DNA of 64,000 nt from positions 1 through 64,000 of the forward strand of contig JYFJ02004750.1 of the NCBI GenBank assembly GCA_000934665.2, in the 5' to 3' direction. A program made the translations under genes and the position numbers. The notes beneath the pieces were generated by a model that was not told where the DNA came from, searched no databases, and worked only from the letters and a program-made list of their open reading frames with translations. The stretch is from Catajapyx aquilonaris (Eukaryota). Shown piece after piece: positions 55,286-64,000 of this stretch. How positions within the stretch are numbered: the stretch's first letter is position 1; every line of letters begins with the position of its first letter.

Positions 55286-56033
55286 TATGTAAACCTTTGT
55301 GAAAATGACACATGACAGGCAACATTAGAGTTGCATAATATTAAATAAAACTGACAATAATGAATTCAATGTGGGTGCATTACTGGATTACACACATCGT
55401 ACTACCCACTGAAGGAATACGTTAATGTGGAACCAGACAATCATTAATTTTATATGCAATTTGCAAACCTGACAAGGGAACTTCACGAATGTGCAAATGG
55501 ATTTGCTGAATGAAACGTGGCACAATAATAGAGACAGGTAAGTTATTCACCAAATGTAAACAGTTTCAGCTGAGCGATGCAAGGTCAAAAGTTATGACAG
55601 CTCGAAGTCATCCCGGACAGCTTACCTTACGAGCAACATTTGAGATATTGCGGAGCCCCACCGCCTCGCAAAGCGAGTATTCTATAATAAATGATCACTC
55701 CTGCAAATTCATCTGTATGTTTATTGTGGAACCATGTACACATTCGAAATCCCATTAATTGACTCTCCAGTGTTCAGTATATGTATGCAATACATTGCCA
55801 CATTTGAATGTGAGGGCACAGGAATGAGTAGAAATGAGAATTTACTATAATTCTTATCAGATCTGGGCTCTAATATGAAACATGCAATGTAATGTATACC
55901 ACATTCTTCTCTCATACCTGAGTGACATAAAGCAACACTCAGCTGCCACAAGTATTCTGGGTTCTCTACCCCAAACGACATTGCCACCTTACCTATCCAG
56001 AAAAAGGGTTGTCAAGTTATTGCTTGGCTGGAG

Positions 56034-56172
56034 TCATACCCCTGGCTTGAACTTGCAAGCAACCATGACCCACACACTGTTTACGACCTCTGGGAAGGGG
56101 TGGATGGTGACACGAAGTGCCATCACCAAAGGGTCACCTCGGCAATGTATCACACCTTGGCAGACAGAATCC
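56034..56172 (-). CDS. CEP76: CEP76 coding exon 3 (last)
   Basis: Acceptor ...ATCCATTACAG|G in phase 2. Encodes DSVCQGVIHCRGDPLVMALRVTIHPFPEVVNSVWVMVACKFKPGV*, resembling the CEP76 C-terminus (..IICCRGDQVRLAVRV..YPE..AVW.M.ACKY). TGA at 56036-56034. Confidence 0.9.
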
Positions 56173-56252
56173 CTGTAATGGATAACAATAATTGGCTCAT
56201 TGTAACAGAAGTTTAACAATGTTCATTATTCATTAAAAATATAACTACATAC

Positions 56253-57961
56253 TGCATGAGTTGCACAAATGCATTGATGGGTTCCAAGGTGCAGACCTGC
56301 ATTGGACATCCTCTGAACTGGAAGCCATCCGGGACACTGCGTACTAAGGCATCCATCACCTCATCTCTGGATTCGGCAAGTAAATCACCACAAACCTCCA
56401 GTTCAAAACTTCTCAGGACAGGCCCCAAAAGATGCTGCATATCACTGCACCAGTGGGTGTCCAGCCCCATCACCTCTGCTCTACGCCTGGCAATCATTTG
56501 CATAATCTCCTTTTCCATGCCAACAGCAACTGATTCTGGGTTTAGAGTGCTTCCTACTAAGGGAGGGACAGGAGGGAGGAGCACGCTTCTGATGGACATC
56601 TCTGGCAGGGCTGTCCAATCTGCATGATTATAGAAATTCCACTTGCAGCAGCTCACTGCATCTGATGGCTGCCTGTTTGCAAAGAGGCTGTGTCCATTAT
56701 AAGTACATCCAACGGTAGCCATCATGGCCAGAGGCATACGTCGTCCGGATACTGCATCAAAGAATGATGGTTTCTTACTCTCATTGAGGGCCACAACCCA
56801 AAAATATGGAGTGTCAAGATGCCTGGCAAGTGTCCCAATGCACACATAAGCATCCATGCCAAATCCTTGAAGCAATCCACAGAGGAGGTTGGCTTTGTCT
56901 GGAATTGATCCTCTCTTTAAGACTAATAATACATGCTGATTTGTCCACCGCTCCACATAACTTTGATGCATGGCCTCTGCTGAGTGCTGATTAGTCCAGT
57001 GGTTGTCCCTTGACTTCTCAGAGGTCCTGCCAGTCATATTGGATGGAATTTGCCAATTAAGCGTTGGCATCAAGGAAACCATTCTTAAAGCATCTAGGTG
57101 TGTGTATAGGGTTCGTCCAGGATTCAGCTTCCGAGCAAATGAACAAATGGGGCGTGACTGCCCAGATTCATCAGTCCCAAAGATTTTAACCAGTCGAGAT
57201 GAATGAGCTGGGTGTTCATCCAGGAAATCTGCCCACCACCGCTTTGCATAAACTAAAAACAATCGCTCCCGTTCAGATTTACGCCCACGTTCAAGTCTCA
57301 ACTGAGCTTGGAGTGCTTCCTCCCTCACAGGTTGCACAGAAGCAGGAACGATTCTTAGGGACACACCTAATAGCCCAACTGGCACACTACTTTCAACTCC
57401 AACTCCCATGAGCTGAACAGTGAAGTTATGGAGTCCTTCTGCAGACAATAGGACACCACGCCACTCCAGCCAATGTGATGCCACCAGATGACTCTGCTCT
57501 CTGCCGTTAACACTTGTCCTTCTTGCAATTACTAGATGTATTCGTTCCGATACTGACAACAAGTACTTGGAATTCAATGTGAATTCAAATTTTGCGGAGA
57601 AGACAGGATCACAGACACATGGAACAGGTTTAGAACTGAATCTTTGACCCCTGAAGTGGAGATGAGCAGTCATGTATGCGCGAGGTAGTTCTGGCGTTGA
57701 TGGAACTTCCTCTACCAGGTGATCCAGGAATGCCTTACCATTTTTTAACTCCACCCTCAGAACTACACAACGAGGACTCCTGTCTACTTGCTCCACCTTG
57801 GGTGTATCTTGAGCTTCACCCGTCATGTTCTGCAGGAGTGTATCCAAAACTCCCTTTTTTCTTAGCCCCTCCAGAATTTCATCCTCTGTGGGCATAACAT
57901 CACTTCCCCCGGACTGCAAAATTTCATCCACGACTTCTCGGATGTGGGCCTGCATGTCATC
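56253..57961 (-). CDS. CEP76: CEP76 coding exon 2 (C2 domain and transglutaminase-like region)
   Basis: Acceptor TTTTTTGTTGTACTTTCAG|GAT; donor CA|GTATGT; 1709 bp. Motifs GKAFLDHL, LHFRGQRFSSKPVPC.CDP, ERERLFLVYAKRWW, SRLVKIF..DE, ANLLC.LL.GFG..AYVC.GT and LFAN.QPSD match CEP76 as I recall it. Confidence 0.93.
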
Positions 57962-58061
57962 CTGAAAGTACAACAAAAAATTAGCTAAGGTGAATACATA
58001 CTGCATTATTAAAACAAAGGGGTGGCAATCCACAAACAATCAACTTCTGGCATGTGGTTAA

Positions 58062-58860
58062 CCCCTTCGGCCCCAGATCGGCCCGAACCACACAGTTTTT
58101 GGCTTACGCGTACTCCGAAGATACGGACAAGATATTTGGCAATTAATAACAGCTATACTTACGAGATCTGGGAAAACCCTATGAATGTGTCTGGAACCAT
58201 TTTACTTGTCTAGAAGTCCCTAAATTAATTTCCAAAAAAGGGCTATAATAACTCGAAATTGGACTACTGCCGCCCAACTTTTAGGCTGATTTAATTATGA
58301 AATGCGTGAAAATATGCGGAATAACAACCTTGAGAACCATGCCAGACGAATTTGCTGAAATCGTCGTACTTTGCGAGAAATAAATTAATACTTATTTGCG
58401 GCTTTCTGGCCCTTCGGAAAACTTCGGAAAACTCTCAAATTTATTTGTTTCTCATGAAGTACGACGATTTCAGAAAATTCATCTCATACTCATTTAGGAG
58501 TTTTCCTAAGTGCTAGAAAGCCGCAAATAAATATTAATTTATTTCTCGCAAAGTACGACGATTTCAGCAAATTCGTCTGGCATGGTTCTCAAGGTTGTTA
58601 TTCCGCATATTTTCACGCATTTCATAATTAAATCAGCCTAAAAGTTGGGCGGCAGTAGTCCAATTTCGAGTTATTATAGCCGTTTTTTGGAAATTAATTT
58701 AGGGACTTCTAGACGAGTAAAATGGTTCCAGACACATTCATAGGGTTTTCCCAGATCTCGTAAGTATAGCTGTTATTATTTGCAAAATATCTTGTCCGTA
58801 TCTTCGGAGTACGCGTAAGCCAAAAACTGTGTGGTTCGGGCCGATCTGGGGCCGAAGGGG
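58062..58860. mobile_element. piggyBac-type TTAA foldback MITE (young) in CEP76 intron 1
   Basis: TTAA at 58058-58061 and 58861-58864; termini CCCCTTCGGCCCCAGATCGG / CCGATCTGGGGCCGAAGGGG; near-identical inverted arms of about 350 bp. Confidence 0.95.
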
Positions 58861-58893
58861 TTAATGGAGAAGTATCAAATGAAGTTTTCGTTA

Positions 58894-59330
58894 TAGTAGA
58901 ACTCAGATTATCTGACTCCTCGGTTTAGTCTGCTTCCGGAAATATATACAGGGTGGATCCACTAACTCTGGCAAAAATCACAGGGTAGGGGCATTTCCGG
59001 ACATGGGTACCGAAGCTCAAAATACTTGCCTATGGGGCCTCTACCCACCCTGTGATTTTTGCCAGAGTTAGTGGATCCACCCTGTATAGGCTATATTTTT
59101 CTCATCGAATGCAGGAAATATACTGTAATGTACTACCCATTTGTTTCGTTTTGTCTTAGTGTGTCTATAAAAGATAAATACTTTACTATTTCTTAGAAAA
59201 CCATTACATTATTATTTTAATGTTTTAATTTTTTTTTGTCATGTTCCATTAAAGTTTTCTTTGCTCCTCGGATTATTATCTGACAATTTTTGTGTTCCCA
59301 CCTTGCCAACAGATAATGATGGTTCTACTG
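58894..59330. mobile_element. Older pogo/Tigger-like MITE hosting a nested element
   Basis: TA-(T)AGTAGAACTCAGATTATCTG at the left end and CAGATAATGATGGTTCTACTG-TA at the right end; AT-rich interior. Confidence 0.65.
58949..59084. mobile_element. 136-bp Tc1/mariner-type MITE nested in 58894-59330
   Basis: Perfect 38-bp TIR CAGGGTGGATCCACTAACTCTGGCAAAAATCACAGGGT with TA on both flanks. Confidence 0.92.
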
Positions 59331-59566
59331 TATTTAAAAATAGATAAATTTAAAATGCAAGAATGCGTAACCTTTCAAAAATTGAACTCATTAACATGTC
59401 ATTAGTAAAACTGCAATTAATTGAAAAACTTTGCTGCGACCCAATAATATTGTATTTGTTATTGAACAATATTCACAATATCCAGGGCCACTCTTTCCAG
59501 GGCCCATTACAGGTTTCACTGTATTATTGATTGTTACTACTACCTTGCTACTACTACCAAGAGCTG

Positions 59567-59607
<41 letters not shown>
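59567..59607. repeat. (CTA)n microsatellite just inside CEP76 intron 1
   Basis: About 13 perfect CTA units; explains the poly-V/poly-T ORFs. Confidence 0.95.
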
Positions 59608-59621
59608 GCAGTACTACCCAC

Positions 59622-59720
59622 ATCTTGAAGGTGTTCTCGCAGCAGATGGTGCAAGTCCTCAAGGCTCCTTCGGGGATGGGGTGGAGGCGTTGTTCTAGGT
59701 TGAGGTGGGGTCGCTTCCAT
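59622..59720 (-). CDS. CEP76: CEP76 coding exon 1
   Basis: ATG in strong context GCCATGG. 33 codons MEATPP...SLEDLHHLLREHLQD, then donor GAT|GTGGGT (phase 0) joining DDMQAHIRE. Aligns with vertebrate ELKQLIHQQLSK-MDVHGRIRE. Total CDS 99+1709+139=1947 nt, 648 aa. Confidence 0.8.
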
Positions 59721-59826
59721 GGCCGGATGCCCTCCTGTGCTCCTGCCAAGCCCCCACAAAATTCAAACTTGTTCCGCCGATGCACTACTCGCGTCAAGAT
59801 CACTAATCTCTACAAAAAAATATGTT

Positions 59827-59868
59827 GTAAACAGTCCTCCAGAGCACCACTGAGGTTACCATGGCACC
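59827..59868. promoter_or_regulatory. Forkhead site and RFX X-box near the CEP76 start
   Basis: GTAAACA at 59827-59833; GTTACCATGGCACC at 59855-59868 (13/14 match to GTTRCCATGGYAAC). Both lie in a locally CpG-rich segment. Confidence 0.6.
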
Positions 59869-60658
59869 GCACCCTTACGATATCGCTCAACAGGTGGCAG
59901 CACGTGCTCACACGAGCGACTGCCATCTGGTCGATGCAAAAATCAATCTGAAATGCAATTAGAGAGGAAAATGGAAAATTACTGTATTCATTTTGACAAA
60001 TCATACGTCGTAATTTTACGACCTTCTCAAAATCGCTGGAAAAATTAAAATTGCGAAAAAAATTGACAGTAGCAAACGAAATGCAGAGGGGACATTTTAA
60101 AATTATTTAAAAAAAATTGCGAAATCATGCGAGCGAAATCAGTTTTCTCGCCAGTTTCCTTTTCTTCTCATGCATGAAAAGAGGCTTCACGGAATTCAGC
60201 TTTTGACCTAGCAAGTTCGATGATAGACATTAATGTAACTGGGAAGTGAACTGAATTGATAAGACCATTATGAATGGAATTAATTTGGGAACTGCCATGA
60301 ATCTCGGGAATTGAGAAGAATAATGGAGAATGGATGTTGGTGTTCATGTGCAATAGGTGCAAGTAAATCCACACGGGTAATTAACATACAGGGTGGTGCA
60401 ACACAACAACAATAATAATATTGACATGCAATAATATCAAGGTATCACATTCTAATAATGCAACGAATAATAAACTTAGAAAACAAATGGGACCATCAAT
60501 GGCAGGGTGATATTCAATCATCTGATTTAGTCTTACTACAGGTCTAATAACAAAGAGGTTATGATGCCACCACTATTTTTCAATTGTCAGCATACGGTGA
60601 TATTAGGAAAGCAAACAAATGATACACCACCTTTCTCAAATGCTGCAAATCTCTTACC

Positions 60659-62944
60659 TCATGACTTCTGCATCGCTTTGGGCTTTTGCAGGGACCCATT
60701 TGTTATGTTGAGCAGCTCATAAATGTCCAGGGCTACTCCAGGTTGGATGTTGTATCCTTTTTCCAGTCCATGAGGATTAGATGGTGACTTGCAATCCAAG
60801 TTGACTTCTTTGCGCATCACCTTGTCAATATCAACTGCACTGAAGAATGCAATCGACTGTGGCAAATCTCTCATTCCCACGCTGTTTACGCAGAAGGCAC
60901 GAGTCATGAGGTTGGTCACCTGCAAGGCTAGGGCAGCCCGATACCGATCACTGTTGCGTACTAAGTAACGCACTTCATCATGCAAACTGAGGCAGAACCT
61001 GGATTCTATTCCATACGATTCAATAAGCCACTTCATGCAAACAAGCATCAGGTGGAGGTAGTCAACAGCTGAGCTTTGTACAACCCAATTGACTCGACTA
61101 GTCATGAACTTATTACCTACCACACTAGGCTGCAATGCTCGACTTATTCTTGCACCTAGAAATGGTGTGCAGGGTATTTTGGCACATGCTATTTTTTCCA
61201 GGCGATTGAACATGTGTGATTCAGTACCACCCTTCCACACACTACGTCCTTTCCGTTCACCTTTGGTAACCCGGTAGGTGTGTTCTGCCTTCTTCTTTGC
61301 TTCCTCTGCAGTCAGGCTCAGGTTGAATTGCATCAAAAGTTGAGTTGCATAGGATTTACCAGCACCATAAATACGACCATAGTTGAGAACTTTGGCCTGA
61401 TGCCGTGACACACCAGCCTCTTTGGCAGTCCAGCTGTGCATATCACTACCATCCTCTTTCTTGCCTTGTACTGTCATCCATCCTAGTGCAGTACATCCAT
61501 GCTCCTGCATAAACTCACAGTCACCCAGCAGGGATGCTATCCACAACTCTTGAGAATCAACATCAGCACCTACCAAATGGCATCCAGGTGGTGCCTGAAC
61601 CATGGCTTTTAATTCTGATCCAAGTCTATGTTCAGATGCATTTGATGCAGTGAGCCAAGTTGGCTCAACTGCCCTGCGGGTTAACGTCCCTGCTGGGACA
61701 ACTTGTGGTACTATGGCACCGTAGTCAAATGAATCATCACATTGCGCATCATTGGCAACCCATGATGGCAACTGATTGCGCTCAAGGTACACTACTTGTT
61801 GGCCCATAATTCGATCACGATTGTTGCGCCAATACCACACAGTTTGGCTACCCTTCAAGATGCGACCAGCGGCAGGTCCAACCCCAGCAGTTTGAATTGT
61901 TCCATCTTCCACTTTGTGCAAAAAGTCCTTAGAAAGAGGGTTTCCAACAGGATGTCCAGGGCCATCTTTGTGAGGAAGGCACCAAAACTCGAACCCATTT
62001 GGAACATGCTTATCAACATGTGGTCCATACTCTTTTCTTTTGGGCATCCGTTCTGACTTACGCTTCTTCATTACTTGTCTCAGCATGCGTATGTACTCTT
62101 GCTTGTCTTCAACCATCAAATGTGCCTTCAGTTTCAACTCCTCTAGCATGCTGATAACTTTCTCATCATCTAGTGCGTCTTTCACCAAGGTTGGTAGCTT
62201 CTCAATCCAGTGCTGCCATAGTGGGGGAATTATATTGCCATCTGTATCAAGAGTTGGAACGAGATACCCCCACCTGTATACAGGATGATAATGTAGTGGG
62301 TGGCCATTCCATGTCAAACGCAGCAGCTTTGGAACTAGCTGCATTGAGGATGATATCAGAGAAGGGCCTGCTAAGTCTTCTGCCTCTTCATCGATCTTGT
62401 GAGGTAAAGGGCAAAGGTCACAATACCACTTTGGATAGCCACACATATGCGGCATCTTCTTGTGCAACATAGATCGACTGTCGTACAGTTGTTGAATTTT
62501 ATCCTCATTTGCCTGTTTCTTTTGTGGAGTTTTCTTCCAGCGCACATCCTTAACTGACCAATCGAGGTCATGCAAAAAAAGGTCATCTTTATACCTATCA
62601 TCATGCAACAGAGCGCATGCTTCATCGGCCTGCTGCATGAGAGACAACTTCAATTCCTGCTGTAGATCATTGTAGGTGTCCTCAGCATCTCTGATGTATC
62701 GGTCCCAGTTGGAGTTGACTGGCAGGTATGAGTTTCCCATTTCCAGAAATCCAGCAAAGGTGACTGGATGTGGGAAGTGCTCCTGGAACAGTGGGAAGAG
62801 CTTGGCAGAAACTTTGTAGGTTGCCAAAACATCTGAAGCACAGTAGTTGCACAGGTCTTGGAACATGGCTCGAACATCTCCTAAAGTGCCAGATATGAAC
62901 ACATCCCGAGGGGCCTTGTCCAGTGGGGGACCTCCACAGTACAG
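60659..62944 (-). CDS. POLG: DNA polymerase gamma catalytic subunit, last coding exon
   Basis: Acceptor TTTCAACATTGGCAG|CTG gives LYCGGPPLDK... in frame with the 747-aa ORF. Exo III YCASDV, Pol A LVGADVDSQE, Pol B RHQAKVLNYGRIYGAG, Pol C LSLHDEVRY, plus TRRAVEPTWLTASN and SRVNWVVQSSAVDYLH. Confidence 0.98.
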   Translation of the reverse strand: MYCGGPPLDKAPRDVFISGTLGDVRAMFQDLCNYCASDVLATYKVSAKLFPLFQEHFPHPVTFAGFLEMGNSYLPVNSNWDRYIRDAEDTYNDLQQELKLSLMQQADEACALLHDDRYKDDLFLHDLDWSVKDVRWKKTPQKKQANEDKIQQLYDSRSMLHKKMPHMCGYPKWYCDLCPLPHKIDEEAEDLAGPSLISSSMQLVPKLLRLTWNGHPLHYHPVYRWGYLVPTLDTDGNIIPPLWQHWIEKLPTLVKDALDDEKVISMLEELKLKAHLMVEDKQEYIRMLRQVMKKRKSERMPKRKEYGPHVDKHVPNGFEFWCLPHKDGPGHPVGNPLSKDFLHKVEDGTIQTAGVGPAAGRILKGSQTVWYWRNNRDRIMGQQVVYLERNQLPSWVANDAQCDDSFDYGAIVPQVVPAGTLTRRAVEPTWLTASNASEHRLGSELKAMVQAPPGCHLVGADVDSQELWIASLLGDCEFMQEHGCTALGWMTVQGKKEDGSDMHSWTAKEAGVSRHQAKVLNYGRIYGAGKSYATQLLMQFNLSLTAEEAKKKAEHTYRVTKGERKGRSVWKGGTESHMFNRLEKIACAKIPCTPFLGARISRALQPSVVGNKFMTSRVNWVVQSSAVDYLHLMLVCMKWLIESYGIESRFCLSLHDEVRYLVRNSDRYRAALALQVTNLMTRAFCVNSVGMRDLPQSIAFFSAVDIDKVMRKEVNLDCKSPSNPHGLEKGYNIQPGVALDIYELLNITNGSLQKPKAMQKS

Positions 62945-63110
62945 CTGCCAATGTTGAAAGATGTGGGTTAATTACAATAAAAATTGTTCCGTCAATACAC
63001 TTGCACATACTGTGTAATCTATGAAGTCTGCAACTGTAATATTTTTAAGGCTAAAATGCTCTGACATGGATGCAACTTACATTGTAACACCCCGAGATAA
63101 TTGCACAAAC

Positions 63111-64000
63111 CTGATGGACATCACTGAGGTTGCTGAGTGATGTAAGCGGCTGCCACCTCTCCAACTTTCCACCACCATTGTTACTGCTGACTTCAATCTC
63201 ACCATCTTCTTCTGCCTCCTCAGCTCCATTATTTTGAGCCTTTGCTGCCATCAGCAGGTTCCGCTGGAAGCTAGTGACCCCACTGACAGCCATATGCATA
63301 GACATTGTATCCACAAATCTCAACTTGGTGCCCCTAACCAAATATTGTTCCTTGACATATGACCGATCAAATGCTGCGTTGTGAGCAATGACCACTTTTG
63401 GCTTCCAGTCTCCTTTGGACTTCACCTTCCCTGCAACAGTTTCCAAGGGAATGAGGTCACTAATGTTCCTCCGACTTTGGCCTGGATCAATATTCTTGGA
63501 TACCAGGTCCTGACTGCACCACAAGTACCAGGCAGAAGGCGACAGGGCAGCTGCAAGGGTGGGCACTTTTGCTACATTATTGTTCTGTATCACTTCCACG
63601 TCAAGTACAAAGCAGTCTTCTTCTGGATATGGAACTGGTTTTGGGGGATCACCAGGTGCATATTTCATCCACCCAGCAGTCAAAACCCACTCTGAAGGCA
63701 CTGGCAGAGGTTCACTTGAAATCAGTAGGTTAATTAGCTGCACATACGGCTCTGACTGGGACATGGCAATTGATCTGAAATGTGAATCCAAGTCTGTTCC
63801 TTGCAGTTTTGGGAGGGTAAACTGTATTTGAGGCGCAGCAGTACGTGGTCGGCCCCACAATCCATGAGTTTGTAGCTCGGTCTTGATTAACTCAGTATCA
63901 CATGCAGACTCATGTGAGCCATCAGGAAAAAGGTGGCGGTAAATTCCATCTGACAGCATCTGCAGCCCACAAGGATTCCACCGAGCACCACAATCTTGAT
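63111..64000 (-). CDS. POLG: DNA polymerase gamma catalytic subunit, upstream exon (5' end beyond window)
   Basis: Frame is open to the window edge (..RWNPCGLQMLS..). Exo I FVLDVEV, Exo II IAHNAAFDRSYVKE. Donor CAG|GTTTGT; 166-bp intron at 62945-63110. Confidence 0.96.

Noticed and set aside
56213..58039. Single-exon 608-aa CEP76 as given by the ORF track
   Set aside because: Both ends run into introns; the true N- and C-termini are at 59622-59720 and 56034-56172.
63051..63959. Separate 302-aa gene or split/pseudogenised POLG
   Set aside because: A canonical phase-0 GT-AG intron (63110-62945) joins it to the downstream ORF, and the frame is open beyond the window.
1..64000. CRISPR arrays, rRNA, operons or viral/prokaryotic systems
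   Set aside because: No regularly spaced repeat-spacer array or rRNA-like sequence; content is spliceosomal-intron eukaryotic DNA.

Overview
Eukaryotic nuclear DNA, probably arthropod (inferred from SINE/MITE families, intron-poor genes and mosaic CpG depletion). About 1-45 kb has no recognisable protein-coding gene. It is a CpG-retaining gene desert with motif-dense enhancer-like blocks, a tRNA-derived SINE, several MITEs and microsatellites. About 45-56 kb is CpG-poor and rich in transposons: TTAA-flanked foldback MITEs, a SINE nested in one of them, an RTE 5'-end fragment and a 5'-truncated RNase H-bearing R1/LOA-type LINE. The right end holds two tandem minus-strand genes: POLG (mitochondrial DNA polymerase gamma; 2 exons visible, 5' end outside the window) and a complete 3-exon CEP76 (648 aa). 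The most interesting observations are: (1) a splice donor 1 nt after the POLG stop, no canonical poly(A) signal, and a strong acceptor just upstream of CEP76, suggesting a spliced POLG-CEP76 dicistronic/readthrough transcript; (2) apparent loss of the transglutaminase-like Cys/His in CEP76, next to an in-frame 51-bp duplication; (3) a very short POLG fingers insertion; (4) an RFX X-box plus Forkhead site at CEP76; (5) a LINE target site present three times. All family calls come from reading the sequence by eye; no searches were run.
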